64,000 bases of DNA from Spirochaetia bacterium (GTDB taxonomy: Bacteria > Spirochaetota > Spirochaetia > DSM-2461), in contig OY764216.1 of assembly GCA_963668315.1 (NCBI GenBank), forward strand, positions 864,001 through 928,000, in the 5' to 3' direction. Within the stretch, counting starts at the first letter, position 1. Each line of letters begins with the position of its first letter. Positions 21,786-35,500 of this stretch are shown piece by piece. The position numbers and the translations under genes were made by a program. The notes beneath the pieces were generated by a model. It did no database searches. It was not told the origin of the DNA and saw only the letters and a program-made list of their open reading frames with translations.

Positions 21786-24700
21786 TTGACTATTCGATCT
21801 GTGATATATCTAATCCTCATTCTAAGCTTTCCGGCTGTGATTTTTACCCAGGAAGGGGAGAGCCGAGAGCCCGGCGATGCCTCCTATTACGAGGCGGAAG
21901 GTCTGGAAGCCTGGCAGTATGAGTTCAATCTTTCCGGATACGAACCGGGGACCTATAATATTATCATCGAAGGGCTGGACAAAGCGGGAAACACCGCCAC
22001 TGCCGGTCCGTATAACCTGTATATTGATCCCGATTCGGATAAACCCATCGTGCATATCATCAATCCCGAACCCGGTATGGGAGTGAACGGGAATGTAAAT
22101 ATCATAGGGACCTGCACCGATGACGACGGGGTCGCCTACGTTGAATTGAAAATTAATGACGGAGCCTACAGCCGGGCGGAAGGGACGGATTTCTGGTCTC
22201 ATTTTCTCAACACGGACAGCCTGGGGGACGGCCCCGTTTCTCTCTCCGCCCGGGGAGTGGATATAAACGGGGTTACCGGTGATGAGACGCTTCTCTCTTT
22301 TACTCTGGACAGCCGCGCCCCCGTAACGCGTGTGACATCCCATGGGAACGGTGTCCTTGTCAACGGGAAAATCTCCCTGGAAGGCAGTGTTTCCGATTCG
22401 AACGGAGTACGGAGTCTCGAATACAGCCGGGACGGAGGGACGACCTATGTGCCCCTGTCTCTCAAGGGTAAGAAGAGCAGCCCGGAAAAAACCTACCGGA
22501 TTTCCGTGAATACAAAAGAGCTGGAGGACGGTCCCCAGATCTACTGGTTCCGTGCTGTGGATAACTCCGGTTCAGAAGGGTTGTCCTCCTTTCTGTTCTT
22601 TGTGGATAACAGCCCCCCCGAAATCTCCCTGATCTATCCCGCGGCCGATGAGAAGGTCAACGGAAAAGTGGTCGTCGCCGGATACGCGGTGGATGAAATC
22701 GGCCTTTCAAATCTGACCTGCCGATCGGGAAAGGATGACCCGGAAGAGATTCTTCTCAAGGAGGGAGATCCTTACTGGGTGAAGGAATTTGATTTTACCG
22801 GCAGGGACAAAGGGGATATCCGTTTTGAGCTGACTGACCGGGCGGGCAATGTCTCCGAAGCCCGTCTGGAGCTGCAGTTGGACAGGGAAGGGGACAAACC
22901 GCTTGTTACACTGGTATCTCCCCTTCCGGGAGAGATTCCTGCCCGGACTGCGCTTGCCGGATTCGTGAGCGACGATGACGGGGTGGAGAAGATTCTCTAT
23001 TCCCTGGACGGCGGCGATCCCATGGAAATTCCCGCCCGTTACTCCTTTTATGAGTCTCTGGAGGGCCTGAGGGCGGGTTTCCACAGGCTTGAGATCTCGG
23101 CGGTGGATATTAACGGAGTAAGCAGTGATACTCAAAAAGTGGATTTTACGATTGCCGGGGCTAAGCCGCAAATTCGAATGGACCGCTATATCCCCCTCCA
23201 GGGAGAAGGTTCCGTGTCCTTTGTTCAGGGGGGAGAAATTGAGGAAGGTCTGTATAAAAGCCTGGAGGGGGCGGTCTTTTTCGCCAACCCGGCCGCAGAA
23301 GTTTTCGGTGCCTGGGATGGGGGGGGAGAGCTGAAAATCTCTCCGAAGAAACAGAGCGATTCGGAGTGGCAGTATTTTTCCCTCAGTCTGAAGGATATTC
23401 TTCCCGGCTATCATACTCTCCATATCCGGCTGGCTGACCAGGCGGGGCTGACGGAAGAGAAAACCTATTTTTTCTTTCTGAAAGGAGAAACGGCTCCCGG
23501 GGCGGAAAAGATGCTATATACGGGAGATGAACGGTTTAGAAGCGGTGGAAAACCTGTGGATAATCCTGTGGATATCCGGGAGGATAACCCACTGGTCTTC
23601 TATCTGGGAGAGCAGGCGGTAAGGGCCGAATTATCGGCAGAAGCGGATTTTCTCTCGGTCAAGAGGGAAGATCACCGGGTCATTGTTTCTGCCGATTCAC
23701 CGGGCTATGCCGGGGATCTCACCCTGGAGATTGAGACCTCTTCGGGGAAAACCTATCAGGTCGGGCCGTTTTCTGTGATCCGGGATGATCAGGTCCCTTC
23801 CATCGCTCTGGACGAGGAGAGGAGTGATCGGGTCTACCGTGACGGGTTTCTGCTGTCCGGAACCGTTGCTGATGACACGGAGGTCACGGACTTGTCTCTG
23901 AGTGTGAACGGAGGAGCTTTTTCCTCCGTGGAAAGGGAGGAAGGTCGCTTCAATCGTCAGGTCGATTTTCAAGCCCTCGGTGAGGGGGATCTTCATTTTG
24001 TTCTGAAAGCCGAAGACAGGGCGGGATGCGTCGATTATCAAGAGATCCTTGTCAGGAAGGACAGCACTCCTCCTGCCCTGAAACAGCTGACTCCCGTCCC
24101 GGGGAGAAGCATCAACGGGGTTATCTCTTATACCGGTCTCATAGGGGGAGAGAGCGGAGGTTCCGTGCTGACCGAATACTCCCCCGATGGTGAGAACTAT
24201 CTCCCCCTGGAAGGGGAAAATTTTCCCCGATGCCCCATCGATCTCACTCCCGGAGCCGAGGCTTTTGCCGGAAGTTTCCGCCTGACCGATGAGGCGGGAA
24301 ACACGGAGGTGTTCATGCCGGACCTGACCATTGATGAAGAGGGGGATCTTCCTCTGGTACAGATTCAGATTCCGTCCGATGATTATCTGGCCGAAAGAGA
24401 CTTCCTTGTGTCCGGCATGGCTTTTGATGACGACAGGGTCAAGTCGATTAAATACAGGATAGACGAAGGTGAGTTTGTCCTGCTGGAGGGGGGAAACAAT
24501 TTTGAGATACCCCTGGCCTTACAGAATTTGACGGATAATTCCCATCTTCTGGAAGTAATCGCCGTTGATCTGAATGATGTGGAGAGTAAACCGGCCTTTC
24601 TTAACTTTCATGTTTCACGGGACAAACCCGTCTCCGAACTGACGGCGCCCGCGCTCGGGGAAATTGTCCGGGGGGATGTTCTCCTGACCGGCATGTCACG

Positions 24701-26456
24701 GGATAACAACGGGATCGGCAGCGTTTATCTCTCCTATGACAACGGAAATACCTTTAACCGGATTCCCGTGGAGGAAGGGGGTGAACAATCGGACGAGTCG
24801 GTCAGCTGGCACTATCTCTTTAACACGGAAATGCTCAGGGACGGCCGCCATTCTCTTCTTGTCAGGGCGGTGGATAAATACGGCGCATCCAGCCTTTATA
24901 CGACCATGATCAATGTGGATAATACTCCGCCTGTCCTCTCTCTCTCCGAACCGGCAGAGGGCGCGAGGATAAGCGGCGAGACGGTGTTCAAGGGGCTGGC
25001 GTCGGACAATCGGGGCCTGAGTGATATAGGGATCGAGTTCAAATCCCTTTCGGGTGCCTCTCCCGGGCAGAGTCTGGAGTTAAATTCATCGGGAACGATT
25101 TTTGAAGAACTGGATATGTCCTCCTTTGAACCGGGATGGGTGAATATGAGACTGACCGCCACGGATATTACGGGAAACGAATCGATTATCAGCCGCAACC
25201 TGTTTCTGACGGAGAGGGAGGATCTGGAAAGAGTCCTGCTTCTTTCGCCCGCCTCGGGATCGGATGTCACGGACAGACTGATCGTGCAGGGGAGGGTGGA
25301 GAATATGGCCCATCCGGGAAAAACGACTATCCTTTTTGACGGCGTTTCCCGGACAGATCTGGAACTTTCCGAAAGGGGATACTTTCATTACGCCCTGGGA
25401 AAGGATGACGTGACCGAAGGAGTACATACCCTGCGGATTTCCCAGAAAACGGAAGAGGGGAACGAGGTCCTGTCGGAACCGGTGGAGGTTACCTATTCTT
25501 CAAGGGGCCCCTGGATAAGTATCGATAGTTTTCAGGCGGGCGACTTCATTACACAGAGGCCGTGGCTAAGCGGCACAACAGGATATAACTTCTCTCCTCC
25601 CGCCCTGGAGGGGAAAGAACTGGAGAAGTACAACAGAACGAAAGAGGCCGAACTGATCGAGATCAGCCTGGATAACGGCCGATCATTCCGCCCCGCCTCC
25701 GGCTCAGCCACATGGAAATTCCGGCTGGAGACACAGGAGCTGGAAGCAGGGGAGTTGTGGATTCTGGCCCGTGCCCGTTTCGCCGACGGAACGACGGCCG
25801 TGACGAAGACTCTGGTTCTAGTCGATGAGAATCCTCCTTCCCTTGACCTGATAACACCGGCCCAGGAGGGCATGCGGTTCAACGGGATACTGGCTCTCTC
25901 CGGTACGGGGGAAGATGAGAACGGCCTCGATTCCGTCAACGTCGCCCTTAGAAAGGGAGATAAGAACCGCTACGAAGTCCCCGCCTTTATTCAGGGTCTC
26001 TACATTGATATGCACTTTATGGGCTCGTCCTTTTTTGAGCTGGGTGCGGGACTGACCTTTTTTGACGACAATGTCAAACTTCAGGGGCAGCTGGGCTATG
26101 CTCCCCCCGGGCGGTTCTCCGGTTTTGTTTCCGGAGTCAAGCTGCTGGCCAATATCGCCGTTATCCCCTGGAATTACTATCTGGGTTACGACTTCAAGGA
26201 TTTTTCCTCCTCCGTGACGATGGGGACGGTATTCAACTATTTCTCCATGAGCGACAGTTCCCCCTTCGGTTCGGACGGGGTAATTCTGGGAGCCTTCCTG
26301 ACGCAGATTGAACTGGTGAAGTGGAAAAATCCGGACTGGAAATATTTCAGTGCCTTCGGTTTCTATACGGAGGCGGAGTTCTGGTTTATTTCGTCAGACA
26401 TTAACGCCGGCATAGAGCCGCGCCTTACATTCGGGCTTAGAACAGATGTTTTTTGA
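21786..26456 (+). CDS. Large exported Ig-like (Big) repeat protein with a probable C-terminal outer-membrane beta-barrel, 1556 aa
   Basis: TTG start with SD AGGAG and a cleavable-type signal peptide. Recurring ~90-100 aa units (xDxxxP..I..P...G...D..G...V). The last ~150 aa are amphipathic strands ending RLTFGLRTDVF. Confidence 0.75.
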   Translation: MTIRSVIYLILILSFPAVIFTQEGESREPGDASYYEAEGLEAWQYEFNLSGYEPGTYNIIIEGLDKAGNTATAGPYNLYIDPDSDKPIVHIINPEPGMGVNGNVNIIGTCTDDDGVAYVELKINDGAYSRAEGTDFWSHFLNTDSLGDGPVSLSARGVDINGVTGDETLLSFTLDSRAPVTRVTSHGNGVLVNGKISLEGSVSDSNGVRSLEYSRDGGTTYVPLSLKGKKSSPEKTYRISVNTKELEDGPQIYWFRAVDNSGSEGLSSFLFFVDNSPPEISLIYPAADEKVNGKVVVAGYAVDEIGLSNLTCRSGKDDPEEILLKEGDPYWVKEFDFTGRDKGDIRFELTDRAGNVSEARLELQLDREGDKPLVTLVSPLPGEIPARTALAGFVSDDDGVEKILYSLDGGDPMEIPARYSFYESLEGLRAGFHRLEISAVDINGVSSDTQKVDFTIAGAKPQIRMDRYIPLQGEGSVSFVQGGEIEEGLYKSLEGAVFFANPAAEVFGAWDGGGELKISPKKQSDSEWQYFSLSLKDILPGYHTLHIRLADQAGLTEEKTYFFFLKGETAPGAEKMLYTGDERFRSGGKPVDNPVDIREDNPLVFYLGEQAVRAELSAEADFLSVKREDHRVIVSADSPGYAGDLTLEIETSSGKTYQVGPFSVIRDDQVPSIALDEERSDRVYRDGFLLSGTVADDTEVTDLSLSVNGGAFSSVEREEGRFNRQVDFQALGEGDLHFVLKAEDRAGCVDYQEILVRKDSTPPALKQLTPVPGRSINGVISYTGLIGGESGGSVLTEYSPDGENYLPLEGENFPRCPIDLTPGAEAFAGSFRLTDEAGNTEVFMPDLTIDEEGDLPLVQIQIPSDDYLAERDFLVSGMAFDDDRVKSIKYRIDEGEFVLLEGGNNFEIPLALQNLTDNSHLLEVIAVDLNDVESKPAFLNFHVSRDKPVSELTAPALGEIVRGDVLLTGMSRDNNGIGSVYLSYDNGNTFNRIPVEEGGEQSDESVSWHYLFNTEMLRDGRHSLLVRAVDKYGASSLYTTMINVDNTPPVLSLSEPAEGARISGETVFKGLASDNRGLSDIGIEFKSLSGASPGQSLELNSSGTIFEELDMSSFEPGWVNMRLTATDITGNESIISRNLFLTEREDLERVLLLSPASGSDVTDRLIVQGRVENMAHPGKTTILFDGVSRTDLELSERGYFHYALGKDDVTEGVHTLRISQKTEEGNEVLSEPVEVTYSSRGPWISIDSFQAGDFITQRPWLSGTTGYNFSPPALEGKELEKYNRTKEAELIEISLDNGRSFRPASGSATWKFRLETQELEAGELWILARARFADGTTAVTKTLVLVDENPPSLDLITPAQEGMRFNGILALSGTGEDENGLDSVNVALRKGDKNRYEVPAFIQGLYIDMHFMGSSFFELGAGLTFFDDNVKLQGQLGYAPPGRFSGFVSGVKLLANIAVIPWNYYLGYDFKDFSSSVTMGTVFNYFSMSDSSPFGSDGVILGAFLTQIELVKWKNPDWKYFSAFGFYTEAEFWFISSDINAGIEPRLTFGLRTDVF

Positions 26457-26560
26457 GGGGAAAATGGCAAGAATCAGAAAAATAGACTATATTATAAGTC
26501 CATCTGCAAAAGAATTGAGACAAAATCAGGTCATTAATAATGTAAAAAAACGGAGGCACT

Positions 26561-29500
26561 ATGTTTAAGAAGATGCATCCGACAGCAGTTATTCGTCATA
26601 TTATCCTTTTTCCCCTGTTCCTTTTTTTACTTACCACATGTGATTTGTTTTCTCCCAGCCTGGGTGATAAGATTGATACGGATTCTCCTGTTATCGGAAT
26701 TGAAAGTCACGGAAACGGAACCTATGTCGGGGGCACCATTACTCTGTCCGGCTATGCTGCCGATGACTTGGAAGTGAAATCGGTTACGGTCTCTTCCGGA
26801 TCGGTAACCTTCAATGCCCGTCTCTCCGGTGACAGCTGGTCTCTGGATCTGGATACGACGCAATTCACCGATGGTGATCTGGAGCTGACCATTAAAGCCG
26901 TAGACAGCTCCGGTAAAACCGTATCCACCACGGTTCTGCTGATTGTAGATAACAATCCCCCGGCTGTGCTTATTACGTCTCCTACCGAATACGGGAGTTC
27001 ATCCGATTCCGACTTTCCCGAATTCAATAAGGGTTTTACCCTGAAAGGCGAGACCGCCGATGCCACACGTGTGAAAAAAGTCTATGTCTCCTTGTATGAA
27101 GCTGATGGAACGGCTGTTTTCGAAAATGGTGAAGCGAGCGGTACTTCCAGCTGGTATTACACTTTCAATTCGGAGTTGTACTCCCTCAGCGGCGATTACT
27201 TCTTCTTTGTGGAAGCCGAAGATTATTCAGGAAACAGAAACAGTTATTATTACCACATTGAAGACATTATCGATTATGCGGTTGATGCGGGATCCCTTCC
27301 TTCTATAGAGGAGATCAATACCGCCGATCTGAATGGAACAGACCTTTCCTCGTCTCTCCTTACGACGTCCCAGGAAAATCTCCGGCTTGGTTCTGATCCT
27401 GCCGGAACCGTCATGGCCGTCGTATTCAATCCCGATTCCGATCTTCCCCAGTTTGATTTTGTCAGCCCCCCTATTGTCGAGAGCCCCGATAATCCTCTGG
27501 AGGAGAATCGTTTCTCCGTTCCCCAGAGATTTACCGGATATGTGGAAGATGATGATGCCAGCGGCATCGCCTTGGTGGAATTGGCTATTTTTGATTACGA
27601 GACGGATACCCCTCTTGATATATACGGTGAAGAAGTTGCTGATTCCTGGATCTCCCAGGAAGGGAGCGGCCTGGGTAACGAAAGCAGCGATCTGACTTTT
27701 TCGGGGACCCAGTGGATTCTTGATGCGGAGCTGCCGGAAGGAACTTTTTACATAGTCCTCCGCGCCGAAGATGCGTCCGGTGCATCAGCCACGTCCATAG
27801 AAGTGCCCTTCACGGTAAGCGCCAGCGCTCCGAGCATCGTCGTCAACAGTCCCGATCCGGGTACCTATATTGGTATTGGCCGGACGCTATCACTCGACAT
27901 AAATGTGAATAAAAGTGATGGAACTCCCTGGGAGGGAAGCGACGTTTATGTAGATCCCGACGGGGATCTTTCCTGGACGGACGGCAATGCCATTTTGATG
28001 ACGCCCGATGTAAGCGAAGTCGGCCACTTCACTCTGGAGCTTACAGAAGGAACGACGTCCGGCTTTAATTTTACCGGCGACGGTTCTTACACCATAAGAA
28101 TGAGAACGGGAACCGCGACGAATGCAGGTAATGCCACCCTCGGAATCACTGCCGATATTACGGCTCCCACCATGGCGATCACATCTCCCGGTGACGGGGA
28201 TACTCTGAACGGAACCGTTACGATTCGCGGCACCGCCGATGATGTTGCCATCGCGGCTGTCTACGGGAAAATAGAAGCGGGAGATATACCGGAATACACG
28301 TCATACCCTACCGATCCCCTGGCTGACGGCTGGGATTCGATAACCGACAGCGTTTACAACTGGTCTAAAATCCTGGACACGACGGACTACTATACCGCGT
28401 CTCCCGGGACATTGACCCTGCACTATTTCGCCGAAGACGTGGCGGGAAACCGGGGAAGCAGCGGTCTTGTCGATCATCCCTCCCGAATTACGGTTACCGT
28501 GGATCAGGACGGGGATCTGCCGGTGATTAATATCTCCCAGCCCTCCGAAGGCGGACGGCTCGGAATCGATTCCAGTATTATCGGAAATATAACGGACGAT
28601 GACCTTGTCGATGTCTCCTCCCTGACGATCTCCCTTGATGGAAATGATCCTGTTGCCGTCTCTTCGGCGCCCCTTTCCGATTCTACCAATGTCAGCTGGA
28701 GCCACAGCCTGGTTGGCGTGGCCGAAGGCGTCCATACCTTTGAACTTTCCGTGGACGATGTAAAAACCAACGGCGATTCGGTGGCCGGTTCTTCCCTTTC
28801 CTACTCTTTTGTTGTCGATGCGGGACCTCCCTCTCTTAATATCACAGCGCCGGCGGCCAACAGTCTCTGGAATGAAGATGTGGTGATAAGCGGAACGGCG
28901 GTAGATGTGAACGGAGTCAAATCCATGGCTCTCTCCCTTGACGGGACAACCTGGTATCCCATTTCCATTACTCCGACGACCGACTCGACCCTGATAAACT
29001 GGAGCTACACGTTACCTGTCGATCCCGATGGCTCCGACGATATGCAGTATACCGTACAGATTCGCGCGGTGGATCAGGCCGATGCAACAAGTACCGAGTA
29101 TCTTCCCTTTGAAGTGGATACCACTTCTCCCGTGCTGAAGATCACCCAACCTCCCGAATCGGTAACGGTTAACGGCGATGCCGTAACGGTGGGCGGCACG
29201 GTCAGTGATGTCAATGACGTAACCGGTCTGTATTACTATATTGATACGGATGATGTAACGCCCCCTGCCGATTCGGCATCGTGGACTTCAATTCCCATTG
29301 CCTATTCCTGGTCCTTTACGTTTAATACGCTGGATTACAACTCCACTTCCACCGCAGATGATTTTAAAATCTGGGTACGGGCTGTGGATCATGGGGATCT
29401 TCTGAATGAGACCGATGATACGGCGGTCGGACACAGTCTTGTTATTACCATAGATCAGGAGACGGACAGACCGGATATCTCTTTTAATGATCTTGATAAG

Positions 29501-32500
29501 AGTTCCACGGTTGCCTCGGAAAATGTGCTCGTGGGCGCGACATCTCTTTCCGGTTTGATCGAAGATGACGATTCCATTAATCCGGGAACCGATATTCCCA
29601 TTGAGATAAGCATTGACGGAGGAGCCTGGACCGATGTGGATCTGGCTCCGGCTCTGGGCGGTGCCGCCAAACAGACTATCGTCTGGAAACACGATATCTC
29701 AGGGCTTCTGGAAGGGGTCCATCATGTGAAGCTGAGGGCTCGGGATAGTGAATCTTCCGATGACTCCGTCTTTGGCAACTACAGTAATTTTAACTGGAAT
29801 CTGGTAGAAAATGCCGATCTGACGGGAGCCAATACGGACGCCGACAAAGATCTGGGGGTTCCTTTTATCGTTAACAGGGGAGCACCGACGATCGTTATCA
29901 GCAGTCCCGCCAATTACAGTTATCATAATGACGATGTGATCATAAGCGGAACGGCGGAAGACAGCAATGGTGTCAACAAAGTGGAAATCAGCTTTGACAA
30001 CGGAGCCAACTTCGATTTGTTTACGGATTACTCTCCTGCGGTAAGTACCGCATCCTGGTCCTTTACCTATGATTACTCTGTATTGGGAAGCGGCGTTGTC
30101 AGTTATATCGTTCAGGCAACAGACGGGTACAACTCCACCAGTATAGCCCACGGGCAATTCAGTGTGGATGTTGCTCCTCCTTCTCTTATCGTAGGGGAGC
30201 CGGATGCCTCTGATACCGTCAACGGTACGGTGTCCTTTTATGGCACCGCCGGAGATGATATTACCTTGAATAAGGTGTACTACAGCATCCTTCCTTCCGG
30301 GGCGGCTGCCCCGGCAGTTCCCGTTCCGGGTTCAAACGGAGCTATTACTAGCGAGGGGGGCTACACCGAGGCCACGGGGAACTACAGTTGGAGCGATAGT
30401 TTTGATACCGTCTCTGACCCCGTTTTCTCTTCCGGTGACGGCTCTTATGTCTTCAGAGCCCTTGCGATTGATTATGCGGGAAACATGAGCGGAGTCACCG
30501 CCGTCGCTTTTACCGTTTCTCAGGAGTCCGACAGGCCGGAAATTGACCTTTCCACATTCGATAACAGCGGTACATTCCTCACAAATGTCATGCCGACCTC
30601 TCAGCAGATCATCGGAACAATCGTCGATGACGACAGTGTTCAATCGGGTCTGCTTTATATTAAAGTCACGAATACAGCCGACGATACCGTCGTCCGTGAT
30701 TATACGGCTGTCACTGGTCCGCCGACGACCAGCGAGACCTGGAAGCATACGTTTACGGCAAAGCTGCCCAACGGACGTTACAATCTCTATGTGCGGGGAG
30801 CCGATGAGAACTTCATCGATGGAACCCATACCTATACTTCGGACAATTTTTACTGGAATGAGATCGGTCCCATCCCTTTTACCGTCGACGAGGATCTCCC
30901 CGTGACGACACAGACGATTCTCGATGGCGAACGGCTTAACGGATCCTTCAGTCTGTCCGGTACGGCAAGCGATTCCAACGGTATCAAGAGCGTGGATCTC
31001 GTTGTAAAACACAACAATGTCGTTGTCATAGATAATAATCTGGTGACCAATGCCGATCCGTTCTCCTTCCCCAGTCCGTTCTGGTCCCAATCTTATCCCG
31101 TTAACAGCGATGGTTCGGACGACGGGGCTCTGGAATGGACCGTCACCGTTACCGATGCCTTTGACAAGACGCAGTCATATACCAGGGAAGCCTATATCGA
31201 TACCCAGGCTCCCCATGTCACCATTACCAGCCCGAATAGCGGTTCTACCTTGAACGGTTCGATTCTCGTCGAAGGATACAGTAATGACGGGGATACATCG
31301 GCAAGCGAAGTGGACGGCGTCTGGGTCTGGATAGGTAAAGCCGCAGATCTTCCCTCTACAGATCCCTCCAGTGCTGATTTTGCCTCCTGGACCCTTCTCT
31401 CGGGAACGGATGACTGGGAGTACCGTTTCGCCGCCGCTCCCTATGACGGCGATACCTGGGGCGTATATATACTTACCCGGGACAATTTCGGCAATTATTC
31501 CGATCCTTCTGCTGCGGGCAACAACATATCCATAACAATCGATGAATCGGAAAATCTGCCCGTTATTACCCTTTCGACGGCGGCAAATAGCGTTCTGGGT
31601 GCTTCCTCTCTGGTCGAAGGAACCGTTGAAGACGACGATTATGTCGATGTTTCTTCTCTCCAGATAAGTTTTGACGGGGGAACAACCTGGACGGAAATCG
31701 CGAATAAACCGACATCCGACAGCAGCTATGTGAGTTTTTCCCACCCCGTTACCGCTCTTTCCGCCGGAACGGCGGTCTATCCGGTTCGGGTGAAGGCCAG
31801 CGATGTCGGGGAAAACTTTTCAGACGATACGCAGGATATTGATCCGGTAACCACGACCTTTCCTGCTGAGTCGGAGACTCCTCTCCCTGTCTATGTGGAT
31901 AAGGCTCTTCCGGATTTTTCAATAACCCAGGTTGGCAACGGGTTGACCACAGCTGCGGTAACGACAAGCCTTTATATAAATGATTATATCACGTTGACCG
32001 GTACTGCATCGGATGACGTACAGGTTCAGTCTGTTCAGGTCAAGATCGGAGACGGTAATTATACGGCCTATTCCCCTGCCGTCGATGAAGATACGGGCCC
32101 TGAGGACAGTACGAATTTCAATACCTTGTCATGGACCGTCGCAAGCGGACTTGGCCTTAGCGATGATACGACAATCAGTGTCCTCGTGACGGATTATCAT
32201 AATAAAACCAATGAGGAATCCTATCAGCTTCGTGTGGATACCACAGATCCTACGGTGACTTTTACGACAGAAGCAACCAATCCCGATACGGATTATGGGG
32301 AGTACGGAAGCTTCCGGGGAGCCTATAACGGGACCTATACCTTCAAGGGCGAATCCAACGATAATATCAAAATCAGCAAGGTGTACTATCTGTTTGATGA
32401 CACGGCCGGTTCAACCACTTCGGATCCCGCGGCCAGTTGGGCGGAAGCGACAGGCACATACAGCTGGACAGCTGCCTTTGATACGACGGGAGTTGCCGAT

Positions 32501-35500
32501 TCAGCCGATGGGACCGACTACTATTACCTCCATGTCATCGCGACTGACGGTGCGGGAAACTTCTCGACGACTCAGCATTTGCCCTTTATCGTCTATCAGG
32601 ACACGGATAAGCCCATTGTTTCCCTTTCCCAGCCGACAGCCGGCGAAGTTATGGAGTCGAATCCCAGAGTGCTCGGGACGGTCCGGGACGATGACGGCCT
32701 GACTTCCGTTCAGATTTCCCTGAACGGGGGAGCCTATGAGAATGTCGATTCTCCCTCGTCCGTTTCGGGGAAAAGCATCAGCTTTGAACACTCTCTGCTG
32801 GATCAGTCGGACGGAGATTATACCATTCAGATTCGGGCAACCGATTCCGGGTCGGTCATGACGGAATCGAATTCCCTTTCCTTCGGAATTAATAAGCTGG
32901 CCCCCGATCTTGTTCTGGAACAGATAGAGGTCGTGGATATTTACGGCGGAGCTCCCAAAGTTTACTCTTCCTCCAGCGGGACCGTCTCCCTTAATACGAC
33001 CTATATCAACGGGGATTTCACTCTTGTTTTCAGCGCCGGCGACGATAACGGAATCGGTTCGGTTCAAGTCGATACGGGAAGCGGATTCAACGATGCTGTC
33101 AACGAAGGCGATGACGGCTCCGGCGCAGGCGGCATTGCCGACAACGGGATTCAGGATGGAGATGAAGTCTGGACCGATACCTGGTTGTACACTGTCGCTT
33201 CCGACGGTTTGGGAGAGGGCGCCTGTAATATATCCTATCAGGCGTCCGATAGTCTGGGCAAAACGACGGAAGGTCTTGTTACGGTAATTCTGGATACGGT
33301 CAGACCGGTCGTCAGCTTTACCTCGCCCGCCTCGATACCCATGTCCGATTCTCTTGTGAGCCCTCCCTATGACTCCGTGAACAGCGTTTATTACGATGCG
33401 CCCCATGTCAACGGCGATGTCACCATACAGGGGACAGTTTCCGACGACAGTTCTATTCATGATTTGGTCATAACCGGCGGAATTCATGGAAATATGCCTC
33501 TTACCAACGAAAACTCATCCCCCATCAACTGGAAAGTGATCCTTGATACGGCAGCGATAGCCGGCAATGAGACGGCAAACTATCAAAGCGCTCTTGCCCC
33601 TGATTACACTTTTAACACCGGCGATGATGGCGCTTCACCGTGGGATGGTGTCGAGGATGGTGATGAAACCTGGACTCATATCTGGCGCTTTCCCCTCTCT
33701 GTCGTGGCGACCGATGCGGCGGGAAACAAGTCCCAATCCTATACGGATCTGGATTCCAGTTACGTTCCGGTCAGTTATATAGGGTATATTGATATCGATC
33801 CGGACGGAGATCTGCCCAAACTGGCCGTCGTCACGCCCGCTAATGATGCCAGCGTGTCCGGTTCCTTCCTGGTGAACGGAACCATTACCGATGATGACGG
33901 AACAGATTATGTCACCCTTGAATTCGATCTTGATGATGATGGAGCCTGGAATGATTCCGGGGACAGTGAAGGGGGCGTTGATCTGACTCTGACCAATGAT
34001 CTGACCGCTTATAACGGGATAGCCGCCGGAATCACCTTTACCGGCAGCGACATCAATGAATCGACGAAGATTCCTCTCGACGCACCAAGCGGTTCCTGGT
34101 CTATCTCCCTTGCCGCCAGTGATTTCACTACGGCCAAGCTGGCATCGGCCGGATATACAAACAGCGGTTTTATTCGCATGAGGTTCACGCCCTACGACAG
34201 CAATGGTCTTCCGGGAGACGTTCAGATTGTACGGATCTATCTCGATACGGTCTCTCCGTCTTTCTCGGTCCTTTCTCCTGCGACGGGAACACTGCAGAAA
34301 GGCACGGTCACCCTGACCACGACGATTTCCGACGACAAGCAGCTTGATGAATCGAATATGCTGATCAGTTATGACGGGGGAGCCAACTTCTCTTCCATCG
34401 ATTCGGGTGATATCGCCGGACCTTCCGGAACCGGGCCTTATACCTATGACATCTCCATCGATATTGATACGACCGATACGGGGATTGTCTCCGGGGGAAA
34501 CGGACTGCTCGATATTCAGATCAGCGTAACCGATCGTACCAATAAACAGAGTTCGACCAGTGTTTCCTACAGCGTGGACAATACCCTGCCGACGGTTGCC
34601 TGGAATGAGGACGGAGACGGAACCCTGCTGGATCTGCCCTTTATCACGGGACCTGTCTATACCTTCAAGGGGAATGAAAATACCGGAGAAAGTGATGATG
34701 CCTATAAAGTCCTGGGAGCCGCTGAGGACAGCGGTACCATCTCAGGTATAGAAAAGGTGAATGTATACTTTGTTAAAGATGTTTCCGGCACTCTGTATTT
34801 TATGAGTCCCGTTGACAGTGAAACATATACAGATCTGGCTGTTGGTTCCTCCTATGCCGTGATTGATGATGACGGTGATTCCGGTACCGCCGGCGTCAGT
34901 ATTCCCTTCACGGAAAACAGCAACTATGTCATCACGATTGATAACCGGATTGAACAGGGAACTTTTGACGATCAGGCTTTATATCCCGGGATTGGTGACG
35001 GTGACGGTTTTAACGAAAGCCTGAAGACCAAGGAAGGCTATGATGAGTGGTACTCCTTCTTTGATACCAAAGAGCTTCTTGACGGTCCTTTGAATATCTA
35101 TGCGGTGGTTTATGATGAAGCGGGAAATATGAGCTATACCGTTGTCGATGCCCAGGTCATGAATGAACCGCCTCGTGTGACTTCGGTTGAAATCGATAGT
35201 GCTGCTCTTAATGCCGATACCATGAGAACAAAAGTTCTTGGTACTATAGCTCTCGATCTTAATTTGCAGGATGCAACTGGAATAGATGAAAGTACCCTGA
35301 CAATGGAAATTCCCAATCGGTATAATATTGTCAGCGGGGCACCCGATTCTATTGATTCGACATGGGCCGTAGGCTCGGAAAAAATAAGCTGGACCAGTTC
35401 GGATTTCACCTTGACCACACCCGGGACGGATAGTACTTCGGAAACGGCCACCTACAGTATGGATACCACCGATTACGCCAGTGGGTATTATTACCAATTT

